DNA of 64,000 nt. Source: Paludibacteraceae bacterium. Its GTDB lineage: Bacteria > Bacteroidota > Bacteroidia > Bacteroidales > Paludibacteraceae. The notes under the pieces are model-generated. The model was not told the origin of the DNA and ran no database searches. It was given only the letters and a program-made list of their open reading frames with translations. Below are positions 38,389 through 48,234 of this stretch, piece after piece; within the stretch, counting starts at the first letter, position 1; each line of letters begins with the position of its first letter. The position numbers and the translations under genes were made by a program. Location of the stretch: assembly GCA_024401435.1 (NCBI GenBank), contig JAKSLB010000008.1:54653-118652 (forward strand), in the 5' to 3' direction.

Positions 38389-39897
38389 ATGAAATCATCA
38401 ATAAAGCATTTATTTTTTTTCTTAATCACTTTCTGCAATCTGTTTTTTTTATCATGTAAAGATGATTTTACAACAGATAGTTCATACAGACTATCCTACT
38501 CTACAGACACATTAAAGTTTGACACTATTTTTTCTGAGGAATTAACGCCCACCAGTATCATAATGATATACAATGAGACTGACAAAGATCTTCTAATTGA
38601 GCAATGCGATTTAGTGACAGATAACAATTGTTTTCAAATCAATTTAGACGGGAGAAGCGGTTCTCATTTTGAAAACATATCCATCTTATCGGGTGACAGT
38701 GTCTATCTTTTTGTACAATTCTATTCTAATGAAACTGGTGTTAACGCACCTCTATACATTGAAAGTTACATTGTATTTTCTTACAATAACAACAAAGAGA
38801 AAATTGTTCTCACTGCATTCGGACAAGATGTTCATCGCATAAGGAAAGAGGTTATTACGGAATCAACCACATGGGAAAATGACAAGCCCTATATCATTTA
38901 TGACACACTAAAAATTGACTCCAATGCAGTACTTACCATTAACGAAGGAACCACATTGTATTTTCATCCAGGCTCTACTGTAGTAGTAGATGGAAAACTT
39001 ATTTGTAACGGATCACTAGAAGCTCCAATTACATTTAGAGGAGAAAGAAAAGATATGTTGTTTAGTAATAAATTATCGGATGCCATTCAAAAGAAATATC
39101 TGAACGAATCATACGACTACATCAACAATCAATGGGGAGGTATTCATTTTACAGGCAACAGCACGAATAACAAACTTACCTACACAAACATTCGAAATGG
39201 AAATTTTGGATTGTTAGTAGATTCCGCCGCAATCGATCCAAGCAATCCTCGTCTGCTCATTTGTAATTCTCAAATACATAATGTAAAGATGAGTATACTG
39301 GACTCCTATCATGCAAACATATACGCCTATAATTCCATCTTCTCATGTAGTGAAGCTCGTAGTTGCGTCATTCTACAAGGAGGTGAATATACATTCAACC
39401 ATTGCACATTTGCAAGTTATCAAAAAGGCACTGGTGCCTACGGGAAAACCCCATATGCATTAGCGTTAGCAGAGAATGAGCTTTACTCAGAGCAAAGCGG
39501 TTGGCCATTAACAACCACCTTCAACAATTGTATTATTTACGGATCGGGCAAAGACGAGTTATATTTTGATTGTGAAACTCCATCAGAATCTTTCCGTTAT
39601 ACATTTAATCATTGTCTCATTGCTTTGGAAAATGAACCCGAAGGTTTTATCACAGACGAATCTTTCTCAGACATCATTTGGAATGAAAATCCAGAATTTT
39701 TATTTACTGGTGGCAAAGAACAAATCTTCGATTTTCATTTAAAAGAAACCAGCGCAGCACGTCAAAAAGGAGATTTAAACATCATAACAGACTTCCCTGA
39801 ATGTCTAACCGACAAAGACAATATCTCTCGTCAAAACGATACACTTCCTGACATTGGCGCATACCAATGGGTTGAAGAAGAGAGCGAGGGGGAATAA
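38389..39897 (+). CDS. hypothetical lipoprotein (possible right-handed beta-helix region)
   Basis: 502 aa with a signal peptide and the lipobox FFLSC. No catalytic motif recognised. First gene of a tightly packed five-gene cluster. Confidence 0.75.
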   Translation: MKSSIKHLFFFLITFCNLFFLSCKDDFTTDSSYRLSYSTDTLKFDTIFSEELTPTSIIMIYNETDKDLLIEQCDLVTDNNCFQINLDGRSGSHFENISILSGDSVYLFVQFYSNETGVNAPLYIESYIVFSYNNNKEKIVLTAFGQDVHRIRKEVITESTTWENDKPYIIYDTLKIDSNAVLTINEGTTLYFHPGSTVVVDGKLICNGSLEAPITFRGERKDMLFSNKLSDAIQKKYLNESYDYINNQWGGIHFTGNSTNNKLTYTNIRNGNFGLLVDSAAIDPSNPRLLICNSQIHNVKMSILDSYHANIYAYNSIFSCSEARSCVILQGGEYTFNHCTFASYQKGTGAYGKTPYALALAENELYSEQSGWPLTTTFNNCIIYGSGKDELYFDCETPSESFRYTFNHCLIALENEPEGFITDESFSDIIWNENPEFLFTGGKEQIFDFHLKETSAARQKGDLNIITDFPECLTDKDNISRQNDTLPDIGAYQWVEEESEGE

Positions 39898-39911
39898 ACA
39901 ACTAATTTAAA

Positions 39912-40949
39912 ATGAAAAAAAATTTCTATCTATTGTTTTTTGTTATTCTATTTCGAATAACAAATCTTACCATTTATGCAAAAGAAGACGTCGAATACGC
40001 AAGAATCGTCAGTTACAATTTAGAAAATCTATTTGATTGTGAAGATGACTCTTTAACGAATGACGAATCATTTACACCCACAGGTGATCACGAGTGGACA
40101 GAAGCGAAATTCTGGGTTAAGATTAATAATTTATCAAGAGCCATCACTGCTGCAGGAGAATGGAAAACACCCATATTAATTGGATTATGCGAAGTAGAAA
40201 ATGCTAAAGTTGTAAAAGAATTACTCTATCACACGCAATTACGTGAAGCTGGTTATCTTTTTATTCACAAAGATTCCCCTGACCAACGTGGTGTAGACGT
40301 AGCATTAGCTTATCTGCCAGAACAGTTTCGATTAGTCCATCAAGAATTCATACCAGTACATATCACAGACGGGAAACCAACAAGAGACATCTTGTATGCA
40401 ACAGGAATACTCTACAATGGAGACACTCTACATGTGTTTGTCAACCATTGGCCCTCACGATATGGAGGAGAATTGGAATCTGAGAACAAACGAATGACAG
40501 CAGCTGAAACATTAAGGGAAAGGACCGACTCTATTTTAGGGAAAAACGAACATTCCAAAATCATCATCATGGGTGATTTTAATGATTATCCAGACAACAA
40601 TAGTTTAATTCATGGTTTATGTGCTTATTCTCCACAAAAAAATTGTATCTTTGACCAACTTTATAATCTAAGTTACCCCATTCACCAAAAGGGAGAATTT
40701 GGCAGTCATAAATTCGGTGGGAAATGGGGAATGTTGGATCAAATGATTGTATCCGGGGAACTCTTAGATTCAGAAGCTTCATGTTTCGTACAACAAGATG
40801 GTTTAAAAATATGCAAAGAAAAATTTTTGTTAAAAGAGAGTGCCACAGGATATGCACCTAAACGATCTTTTTTAGGAACATTCTTCGCATATGGTTATAG
40901 TGACCATTTGCCCATATACATAGATCTTACAATCAAAAGCATAAAATAA
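39912..40949 (+). CDS. endonuclease/exonuclease/phosphatase (EEP) family protein, secreted
   Basis: 345 aa with a signal peptide and EEP blocks SYNLENLF, MGDFND and YSDHLP. Confidence 0.85.
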   Translation: MKKNFYLLFFVILFRITNLTIYAKEDVEYARIVSYNLENLFDCEDDSLTNDESFTPTGDHEWTEAKFWVKINNLSRAITAAGEWKTPILIGLCEVENAKVVKELLYHTQLREAGYLFIHKDSPDQRGVDVALAYLPEQFRLVHQEFIPVHITDGKPTRDILYATGILYNGDTLHVFVNHWPSRYGGELESENKRMTAAETLRERTDSILGKNEHSKIIIMGDFNDYPDNNSLIHGLCAYSPQKNCIFDQLYNLSYPIHQKGEFGSHKFGGKWGMLDQMIVSGELLDSEASCFVQQDGLKICKEKFLLKESATGYAPKRSFLGTFFAYGYSDHLPIYIDLTIKSIK

Positions 40950-40950
40950 A

Positions 40951-42108
40951 ATGATTTCTTTCACTAAAAACGGTAAAATTAGAATTACCCCATTCATACA
41001 TTTCTTTGTTTGGTTAATGTTTCTTCTTTCGCCAATTTTCGTTTTTCCTAACAAGGATAACGTTGATTACATACACTTTATACGACATGTAGTCACCACA
41101 TTATCGTTGATGACTATCTTTTACTTAAATTACTTTGTTTTAATTAAGAAATTCATGTTGAAAAGCAAATGGAAGCAATTTGTCTTATTCAACATAATTG
41201 CTATTGTCATTCTTTGCGGTATCAACCATGTAGTTCACATAGAAACCCAACCTATTTTAGATGCAGAAAGAAGAGAAAGGCTCGACCAAGAAAGATTGGG
41301 TATTGAAAGGTACATGCGTGAACATCATTGCGGTGAATTAGAAGCTAGAATTCAAGCAGATAAAATCAAAAGATCAACGAAAAGTCATGCAAGTGACACT
41401 TGGAGTATTCTTTTAAATTTTATCGCCTACATCTGTTTTATCGGAACAGCCATAGCCCTCATTTCAATGAAGAATCTTATTGAAACCGAAGAAGAACGAA
41501 AAGAAGCCGAACGAAAAAGGATTGAGGCAGAACTCAAAAATTTAAAGAGTCAGCTTAATCCTCACTTCTTATTTAACACTCTTAATAACATCTACGCACT
41601 GATTGCCATCAGTCAAGACAAATCACAAGAAGCTATTATGGAACTCAGCAAAATGCTTCGTTATGTCTTATATGAGGCAGAAACAGATACGGTTCCTATT
41701 AACAAAGAAGTGGAATTCATCAATAACTATGTCAAACTTATGAAACTACGATTGTCAAATAAAGTGGATGTACAAGTTGATATGGATATTGACAGAAATC
41801 CGACGTTACCCATTGCACCTCTTCTTTTCATTTCTATGATTGAAAATGCATTCAAGCACGGAGTATCCTCCCAACAAAATTCATTCATTCATTTTTCAAT
41901 TCGAGAAAATGAAAACGATGACATAATTTGTGATTTAAGAAACAGCTATTTCCCTAAAGATGAAAAACAAGACAAAAGTGGATCGGGAATCGGAATAGAA
42001 AACATGAAAAGAAGATTAGAATTGATATATCCGAATAAACATTCCTTCACATATGGAGTTGAAAACGACACCTATGTATCTAATTTAACCATCAAAAGCA
42101 ATAATTAA
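40951..42108 (+). CDS. LytS/YehU-type sensor histidine kinase
   Basis: 385 aa with N-terminal TM helices, the His_kinase block LNPHFLFNTLNNI and the ATPase G-box GSGIGIENMKRRL. Confidence 0.9.
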   Translation: MISFTKNGKIRITPFIHFFVWLMFLLSPIFVFPNKDNVDYIHFIRHVVTTLSLMTIFYLNYFVLIKKFMLKSKWKQFVLFNIIAIVILCGINHVVHIETQPILDAERRERLDQERLGIERYMREHHCGELEARIQADKIKRSTKSHASDTWSILLNFIAYICFIGTAIALISMKNLIETEEERKEAERKRIEAELKNLKSQLNPHFLFNTLNNIYALIAISQDKSQEAIMELSKMLRYVLYEAETDTVPINKEVEFINNYVKLMKLRLSNKVDVQVDMDIDRNPTLPIAPLLFISMIENAFKHGVSSQQNSFIHFSIRENENDDIICDLRNSYFPKDEKQDKSGSGIGIENMKRRLELIYPNKHSFTYGVENDTYVSNLTIKSNN

Positions 42109-42126
42109 CACAAACGTAAGGAAAAC

Positions 42127-42867
42127 ATGACACTTAATTGTATAATCATCGACGACGAGCCATTAGCTCTCGGTTTAATGGAAAGTTATGTAAAGAAAAC
42201 TCCATTTCTAAATTTAGTTGGCAAATTTGAAAATGCAATGGAAGCCATGTCAACTCTCAAAGAGAATCCTCCTCACCTACTATTTCTCGACATTCAGATG
42301 CCAGAATTAAACGGATTAGAATTTTCTAAATTAATAAAAGATAAAACAAAAATCATTTTCACGACCGCATTTCAACAATATGCCTTAGAAGGCTACAAAG
42401 TAAATGCGCTCGATTATTTAATGAAACCCATAAGTTATCCCGACTTTTTAGAAGCAGCCAACAAAGCTTTATCTTGGTATCAGATGACTAGTTCCGAAAA
42501 CAAAGAAAACGGGAATACAGAGGAAGGAAAAGAGGATCGTAAAAGAAGTATTTTTGTTAAATCTGATTATAAACTTGTTCAAATCGATTTGGACAAAATC
42601 ACTCATATTGAAGGGTTGAAAGATTATGTGAAAATATTTGTTGAAGGAGAAAATTATCCAATTTTATCTCTTATGAGTATGAAATCATTGGAAGCCATGC
42701 TACCATCCGATCAATTCATACGTGTTCATCGTTCTTTCATTGTTCAACCTCAAAAGATCAAAGTAATTGAACGAAACAGAATTGTCTTTGGCAAAGAATA
42801 TATTCCTATTTCAGATTCTTACAAAGATAGTTTTCAAGAGTTTCTAAACAAATACTCCATATTATAA
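42127..42867 (+). CDS. LytTR family response regulator
   Basis: 246 aa with a receiver domain (IIIDDEP...FLDIQMP) and a C-terminal LytTR DNA-binding domain (FIRVHRSFIV). Confidence 0.92.
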   Translation: MTLNCIIIDDEPLALGLMESYVKKTPFLNLVGKFENAMEAMSTLKENPPHLLFLDIQMPELNGLEFSKLIKDKTKIIFTTAFQQYALEGYKVNALDYLMKPISYPDFLEAANKALSWYQMTSSENKENGNTEEGKEDRKRSIFVKSDYKLVQIDLDKITHIEGLKDYVKIFVEGENYPILSLMSMKSLEAMLPSDQFIRVHRSFIVQPQKIKVIERNRIVFGKEYIPISDSYKDSFQEFLNKYSIL

Positions 42868-42878
42868 ACTAAGAAACT

Positions 42879-44447
42879 ATGGCTTCTTATAAAAACATTC
42901 AAGTGGTAGTATCCCCAAAACAAGCGTTTGTTCAATCTGAATTAAACGAACAAATAGCGAAAAAAATTGGGACAAAAGTTTCTCGCATCAACACGATTCA
43001 AATCATCAAAAAATCAACAGATGCAAGAAAAAGAAATGAGATCAAAATCAATCTGACACTCAATGTGTATACAGACAATACACAGCCAGATAAAATTGAA
43101 TATCCTTTTCACTACCAAAATGTTCAAGACAAGAAGCCCGTTCTTATCATCGGAGCAGGACCAGCCGGACTCTTCGCTGCACTTCGACTCATTGAGTTAG
43201 GCATGAAACCGATTATCATCGAACGAGGTAAGATGGTTAGCGATCGAAAAAAGGACATTGCATTACTAAACAGAAGAGAAGGTCTCAACCCCGAATCCAA
43301 CTATTGTTTTGGAGAAGGAGGTGCTGGCACATTTTCCGATGGTAAATTATTCACTCGTTCGAAAAAGAAAGGAGACTGCAGTCGTATTCTTTTAAACTTT
43401 CACATACATGGCGCGCAAGACACCATTCTATATGAAGCTCATCCTCATATTGGAACAGACAAGCTGCCAACAGTGATAAAAAATATGAGAGAAACCATAT
43501 TAAAATATGGTGGAGAGATTCATTTCGAAACGAAGCTATCCGAATTAATCATTCAAAATGACACAATCAAGGGAATAAAAACAGTCGATGGAAAGCAATG
43601 GAATGCTGACGACGTTATTCTCGCAACAGGTCACTCTGCCCGTGACATTTACGAGATGTTGAACCAACAAGGTGTTGATTTAGAATGCAAAGGATTTGCA
43701 ATGGGTGTTCGTGTAGAACATCAGCAATTGCTTATTGATCAAATACAATATCATAGTAAAGAAGGACGAGGCAATTACTTGCCAGCTGCTGCGTATAATT
43801 TAGTCACGCAAGTTGAAGGTAGAGGTGTATATTCATTCTGCATGTGTCCGGGAGGATTTATCGTACCTGCATCAACCAATATAGGAGAAGGTGTTGTAAA
43901 TGGAATGTCCTCTTCTCTGCGCAACTCAAAATTTGCCAATTCGGGTATCGTGGTTGAAATTCGTCCAGAAGATTTAACCGACTATCAACAATACGGTGTA
44001 ATGGCTGGATTGAAATTTCAAGAAGAATACGAACGTTTGTCATACGAAAATGGAGAAGGTGACAAAGCCATAGCACCTGCACAAAGATTGCGTGATTTTG
44101 TAAGAGGTGTAGCCTCAACAGATCTACCAAGCACATCCTATTTACCAGGCATTAAGAACTCTCCTATTCACGAATGGATGCCCACCTTTTTACGAGCAAG
44201 AATGCAAGAAGGATTTAAAGCCTTCGATCAAATCATGCACGGATTTCTCACCAATGATGCCATCATTATAGGAGTAGAATCTCGTACCTCCTCACCACTA
44301 CGTATTCCAAGGAATGAAGAGACTTTGGAGCATATTAGGATAAAAGGACTTTATCCTTGTGGAGAAGGCGCTGGCTATGCTGGAGGCATAACATCCTCTG
44401 CAGTTGACGGAGAACGATGTGCCGAAATGATTGCATTGAAATATTAA
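42879..44447 (+). CDS. FAD-dependent oxidoreductase (COG2509-like)
   Basis: 522 aa with the dinucleotide-binding motif IIGAGPAGLFAA and a C-terminal GEGAGYAGGI. Confidence 0.85.
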   Translation: MASYKNIQVVVSPKQAFVQSELNEQIAKKIGTKVSRINTIQIIKKSTDARKRNEIKINLTLNVYTDNTQPDKIEYPFHYQNVQDKKPVLIIGAGPAGLFAALRLIELGMKPIIIERGKMVSDRKKDIALLNRREGLNPESNYCFGEGGAGTFSDGKLFTRSKKKGDCSRILLNFHIHGAQDTILYEAHPHIGTDKLPTVIKNMRETILKYGGEIHFETKLSELIIQNDTIKGIKTVDGKQWNADDVILATGHSARDIYEMLNQQGVDLECKGFAMGVRVEHQQLLIDQIQYHSKEGRGNYLPAAAYNLVTQVEGRGVYSFCMCPGGFIVPASTNIGEGVVNGMSSSLRNSKFANSGIVVEIRPEDLTDYQQYGVMAGLKFQEEYERLSYENGEGDKAIAPAQRLRDFVRGVASTDLPSTSYLPGIKNSPIHEWMPTFLRARMQEGFKAFDQIMHGFLTNDAIIIGVESRTSSPLRIPRNEETLEHIRIKGLYPCGEGAGYAGGITSSAVDGERCAEMIALKY

Positions 44448-44526
44448 AAAGGAAACGTCAATCCATCTTTGAAAATATCAATACAACAAAAAGCTTATCT
44501 TCAAGTTCTTTCTCAAGAAAAAGATG

Positions 44527-44534
44527 TACCTTTG
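44527..44534 (+). promoter_or_regulatory. -7 box (TACCTTTG) for the amidohydrolase gene; implies a leaderless or very short-leader mRNA
   Basis: Perfect TAnnTTTG ending 8 nt before ATG 44543. Confidence 0.55.
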
Positions 44535-44542
44535 CACTCATT

Positions 44543-45331
44543 ATGATAATAGATTTTCATGCACATATATACCCTGCAAAAATTGCAGAGAAAGCGAGTA
44601 AAACCATTGGTGAATTTTACAACATATCAATGGAGTATCAAGGAAGTCCCGAACAATTATTAAATAGCGGAAGTAGAATTGGTGTCAATTATTACATTGT
44701 CCACTCAACAGCCACGGCACCTCATCAGGTAGAATCCATCAACAACTATATAATCGGAGAAGTAAAAGCTCATCCTGAATTTATTGGATTTGGCACAATA
44801 CATCCCGACTATGAAGATTATGAAAAGGAGTTAAAACTCATCAAAGAAGAAGGATTAAAGGGTATAAAACTGCACCCTGATTTTCAAAAATTTGCGATAG
44901 ACACACCTCAGATGGATCCTATATACGAAGTGATTGCAATGTTAGGTATGCCTGTGTTAGTTCATGCTGGTGATTTCCGATATGACTACTCTGGACCAAA
45001 AAGGATTGCCCATGTACTTGAGAAGCATCCAAATCTAGTATTGGTAGCAGCTCACTTCGGAGGATACACACAATGGGACGAATCTGAAAAATATCTAGTC
45101 GGCAAAAATGTATATTTCGACACCTCCAGTAGTTTATGGAAGTTGCCGATAGACCAAGCTATGAGGATGATTCGTAATCACGGAGTGGATAAAATGTTAT
45201 TCGGTGTGGATTATCCAATGTGGGATCACAAAGAAGAATTGGAAAGATTCAACAAACTCGAATTAACAAAAGAAGAAAGAGAAGCCATATTATACAAAAA
45301 TGCACTTCGTATTTTAAATATGGAGAAATAA
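44543..45331 (+). CDS. amidohydrolase family metal-dependent hydrolase
   Basis: 262 aa from ATG 44543, with IIDFHAHIYP at the N-terminus and later HAGD and FGVDYP. The 42 upstream codons of the ORF track precede the promoter. Confidence 0.85.
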   Translation: MIIDFHAHIYPAKIAEKASKTIGEFYNISMEYQGSPEQLLNSGSRIGVNYYIVHSTATAPHQVESINNYIIGEVKAHPEFIGFGTIHPDYEDYEKELKLIKEEGLKGIKLHPDFQKFAIDTPQMDPIYEVIAMLGMPVLVHAGDFRYDYSGPKRIAHVLEKHPNLVLVAAHFGGYTQWDESEKYLVGKNVYFDTSSSLWKLPIDQAMRMIRNHGVDKMLFGVDYPMWDHKEELERFNKLELTKEEREAILYKNALRILNMEK

Positions 45332-45336
45332 AAATT

Positions 45337-45357
45337 AGGGGACTTCTATAAATTTCC
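45337..45357 (+). repeat. solo terminus-like 21-mer related to the 197-bp element
   Basis: AGGGGACTTCTATAAATTTCC compared with AGGGAACATCTATAAATTCCC at 56782. It lies 6 nt after the amidohydrolase stop. The GC-richer 45360-45560 beyond it shows only patchy similarity (for example ctttgtgtgttctgactttt). Confidence 0.4.
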
Positions 45358-45601
45358 GATAAAAAAACGCACTCTCCGCCATATACAAATTCAAGGAGGA
45401 CAGGAAACAAGATTCCCAGAAACGAGAACGCAGCAGTCAACGCAAATGTAAAGTGCTGGCAATTACGGAGAGTAAGGAAATGTCGAAAGAGGAACACGCC
45501 TCGAAAGGGAAAAGTCAGAACACACAAAGTTGGGCATATAAAGATGGTTGTGATAGACGATTTGAAATCGAAAACCATAGTTGGGGTCATGGAGAAGCGC
45601 G

Positions 45602-46051
45602 TCACAACGGGAAGATCACCTTCATAGACTTATCAAGTAAATTCCAAGTAATAAAAACATTAACACCAAAGGCAGCAAGCCAACCTATAATAAAAATGAT
45701 AATGTTTACCATATAATATGAGGTATGCCAAAGTTTTGCTAAATGAAGCAGATCATTTACACATAGGTCGAATGCATACTTCGTTGACGTGCCATAGTGA
45801 ACGAAGACCCAGCAATAGATAATGCTATAAATCAGTAAGAGTGCTACTGTTAATACTACATCCGTAAAGTATGCAGTATTATTGCAATAACGAACTAATG
45901 CTAGAACGAATGGGATTAAAGCAGATATGACCAAGAGTCCACCTTGTACCCAAAGATTAAATACTACAGAAATTTCCGCATAAGTCAATCCAGTAGTTTT
46001 TCCTAACCGACCAAGGAAATTAACACACATTTGAAATAGCCAATTAATCAT
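45602..46051 (-). CDS. hypothetical integral membrane protein (about 4 TM)
   Basis: ORF track, 149 aa, with hydrophobic segments. No family recognised and no clear -7 box upstream. Confidence 0.55.
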   Translation of the reverse strand: MINWLFQMCVNFLGRLGKTTGLTYAEISVVFNLWVQGGLLVISALIPFVLALVRYCNNTAYFTDVVLTVALLLIYSIIYCWVFVHYGTSTKYAFDLCVNDLLHLAKLWHTSYYMVNIIIFIIGWLAAFGVNVFITWNLLDKSMKVIFPL

Positions 46052-46274
46052 ACAATAACAAATTTCTAATCCGCTTTATAGTCTGGATAAAAAAGGATTA
46101 ACAATAAAATAGCGACTATTATATCTACAATATTCTAAAACCATTCGTTCCAATGCTATTTTCACAAAAGGTTGAAATAGTAATGCTAAGGATATAAAAA
46201 TAAAGGCAAGTTACAAATCTATGATTTCACAGACATGGAATTCCTCTGGAATTCTGCGCACACAATAAGGATTT

Positions 46275-46387
46275 AAACGGTTATGAGATGCGTGAACACA
46301 ATGCTTGTCTCAAGTTCTTACATACTTATTCTCTATTTTTCTACGTGTCAGAATTTTATTTGCACATTTGGCGAACAGTAATAAAAA
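46275..46387 (-). repeat. ~110-nt interspersed repeat, copy S2 (homologous to 445-552)
   Basis: See copy S1. The placement is the same, immediately beyond the terminator of a minus-strand operon. Confidence 0.6.
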
Positions 46388-46393
46388 TTAATC

Positions 46394-46425
46394 ACAAAAA
46401 AAGAAGACTGAAAAACAATCTCCTT
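46394..46425 (-). terminator. Rho-independent terminator of the paaK-ACT operon
   Basis: On the minus strand: AAGGAGA / TCTTCTT (one G-U pair), an 11-nt loop, then T7. Confidence 0.7.
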
Positions 46426-46447
46426 TTTTGCATTCTATAAGTATTGA

Positions 46448-46867
46448 TTACTGAATCATATCAGACTGTAGCATTCCGACATTATTACGTTTCAAAGCGT
46501 CTAAAGCCTCTTGTAATTTGTCAGGCCTAATTACGATATTTGCATTTTCTCCTTCCGAAAATGCGTACATATATTCAATATAAATACCTTCCTTTTCCAA
46601 AATTTTCAAAACAGCAGAAAGGCTACCTGGTTTGTTTCCAATTTTCAAGCAAATCACATCTGTCAAAGAAACAGCGAACAAGTTATCTTTCAACAACTTT
46701 TGTGCTCTTTCTGGTTCATGCACAATCACACGAAGAATACCAAAATCAGAATTATCAGCCACACTGAAAGCTGTCATATTAATACCAGCGCCACCCAAGA
46801 TTTCTGCCACATGGTTTAATCGACCAACCTTGTTTTCCAAGAAAACAGAGAGTTGTTTTATTATCAT
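46448..46867 (-). CDS. ACT domain-containing protein
   Basis: About 139 aa with two ACT-like halves (IIKQLSVFLENKVGRL and ICLKIGNKPGSLS). I prefer the start at M5 of the ORF-track translation. Confidence 0.85.
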   Translation of the reverse strand: MIIKQLSVFLENKVGRLNHVAEILGGAGINMTAFSVADNSDFGILRVIVHEPERAQKLLKDNLFAVSLTDVICLKIGNKPGSLSAVLKILEKEGIYIEYMYAFSEGENANIVIRPDKLQEALDALKRNNVGMLQSDMIQ

Positions 46868-46893
46868 ATCGTCGCACATAATCTTTTAAATTT

Positions 46894-48198
46894 TTAGTTA
46901 GCAAAAACACGTTTATCCAAATAGCGTTTTGTTTTACCTTCACTTCTTTCAATAGAACGAGGCTCAACCAATTTGATATCAGGTTGGATACCAACAACAC
47001 TTTGAATTTTGTGTGTAATTTTCTTTTTCAATTCGAGCATACTCTTAATATCATCGGTATAATATTCTTGTTTTACCTCCACCTTGATTTCAAAAGTATC
47101 CGTATTATTCACTCTGTCGACTGTGATGAAGAAGAACGGCTCAAATTCTGGCAACTCACAGATAACAGATTCAATCTGACTAGGGAAGACATTCACACCA
47201 CGTACAATTAGCATGTCATCACATCTACCCATAATCTTATCCATACGTACTAACGTTCTACCGCAAGAACATCTTTCATAATGCAAAGCGGTCAAATCAC
47301 GAGTACGGAAACGAATCATTGGCATTCCTTCTTTTGTTAAAGTTGTAAATACCAATTCTCCTTTCTCACCTTCTGGCAATGGTTCTCCAGTTTCAGGATC
47401 AATGATTTCAGGGAAGAAATGATCTTCATTCAAATGAGTTCCGCATTGACATTCACATTCAAAACCAACACCAGGGCCCATCACTTCAGTCAACCCATAG
47501 ATATCGTATGCTTTGACACCCATTTTTTCTTCTATTTCCTTACGCATAGCTTCTGTCCAGGGTTCAGCGCCAAAAACACCCACACGCAAATTAAATTCTT
47601 CACGTTTATAAGGAGATGCTTCCATTGCCTCTGCCAAATACATTGCATAAGAAGGAGTCGCAGCTAAAGCTTTCACTCCCAAGTCTCGCATCATCATGAT
47701 TTGTTTTTGTGTGTTTCCGCTTGACATAGGTACCACGGTTGCACCGATATTTTCCACAGCAGCATGAGCACCTAAACCACCCGTAAACAATCCATAACCA
47801 TAAGAGACTTGAACTATATCATTTTTACCTAATCCAAAAGCTGTCAAACAACGAGCACCCGCTTCTTTCCATACTGCCAAATCATTGTTAGTAAGTCCCA
47901 CAACAATTGGTTTTCCCGTAGTTCCAGATGAAGCATGTACACGTACAATCTCTGACATTGGAGCGGATAACAATCCAAACGGATAGTAATCTCTTAAATC
48001 TTTCTTGGAAGAAAAAGGTAATTTAACAATATCTTTAATATCCTTTATATCTTCTGGAGTGACTCCAGCCTCTTGCATGCGCTTTCTATAAGGCTCACAA
48101 TTATGGTACACACGTTCTACAACACGTCTGAGTCGCAAACTTTGAAGTTTTCTCATCTCTTCACGACTCATGCATTCTACGGTCTCGTTCCAAATCAT
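46894..48198 (-). CDS. paaK: phenylacetate--CoA ligase family protein
   Basis: 434 aa, adenylate-forming enzyme with SSGTTGKP and the PaaK-type N-terminal LRRVVERVY. Confidence 0.9.
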   Translation of the reverse strand: MIWNETVECMSREEMRKLQSLRLRRVVERVYHNCEPYRKRMQEAGVTPEDIKDIKDIVKLPFSSKKDLRDYYPFGLLSAPMSEIVRVHASSGTTGKPIVVGLTNNDLAVWKEAGARCLTAFGLGKNDIVQVSYGYGLFTGGLGAHAAVENIGATVVPMSSGNTQKQIMMMRDLGVKALAATPSYAMYLAEAMEASPYKREEFNLRVGVFGAEPWTEAMRKEIEEKMGVKAYDIYGLTEVMGPGVGFECECQCGTHLNEDHFFPEIIDPETGEPLPEGEKGELVFTTLTKEGMPMIRFRTRDLTALHYERCSCGRTLVRMDKIMGRCDDMLIVRGVNVFPSQIESVICELPEFEPFFFITVDRVNNTDTFEIKVEVKQEYYTDDIKSMLELKKKITHKIQSVVGIQPDIKLVEPRSIERSEGKTKRYLDKRVFAN

Positions 48199-48226
48199 TT
48201 TTTTACTTATATTAAATTTTCTAACG

Positions 48227-48234
48227 CAAAATTA
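48227..48234 (-). promoter_or_regulatory. -7 box (TAATTTTG) for paaK
   Basis: Perfect TAnnTTTG, 28 nt upstream of ATG 48198. Confidence 0.6.

Noticed and set aside
45249-45605. 118-aa minus-strand ORF spanning the GC-rich block.
   Set aside because: It overlaps the 3' end of the amidohydrolase gene on the opposite strand and has no recognisable motif. It is better explained as a chance ORF in GC-richer repeat-like DNA.
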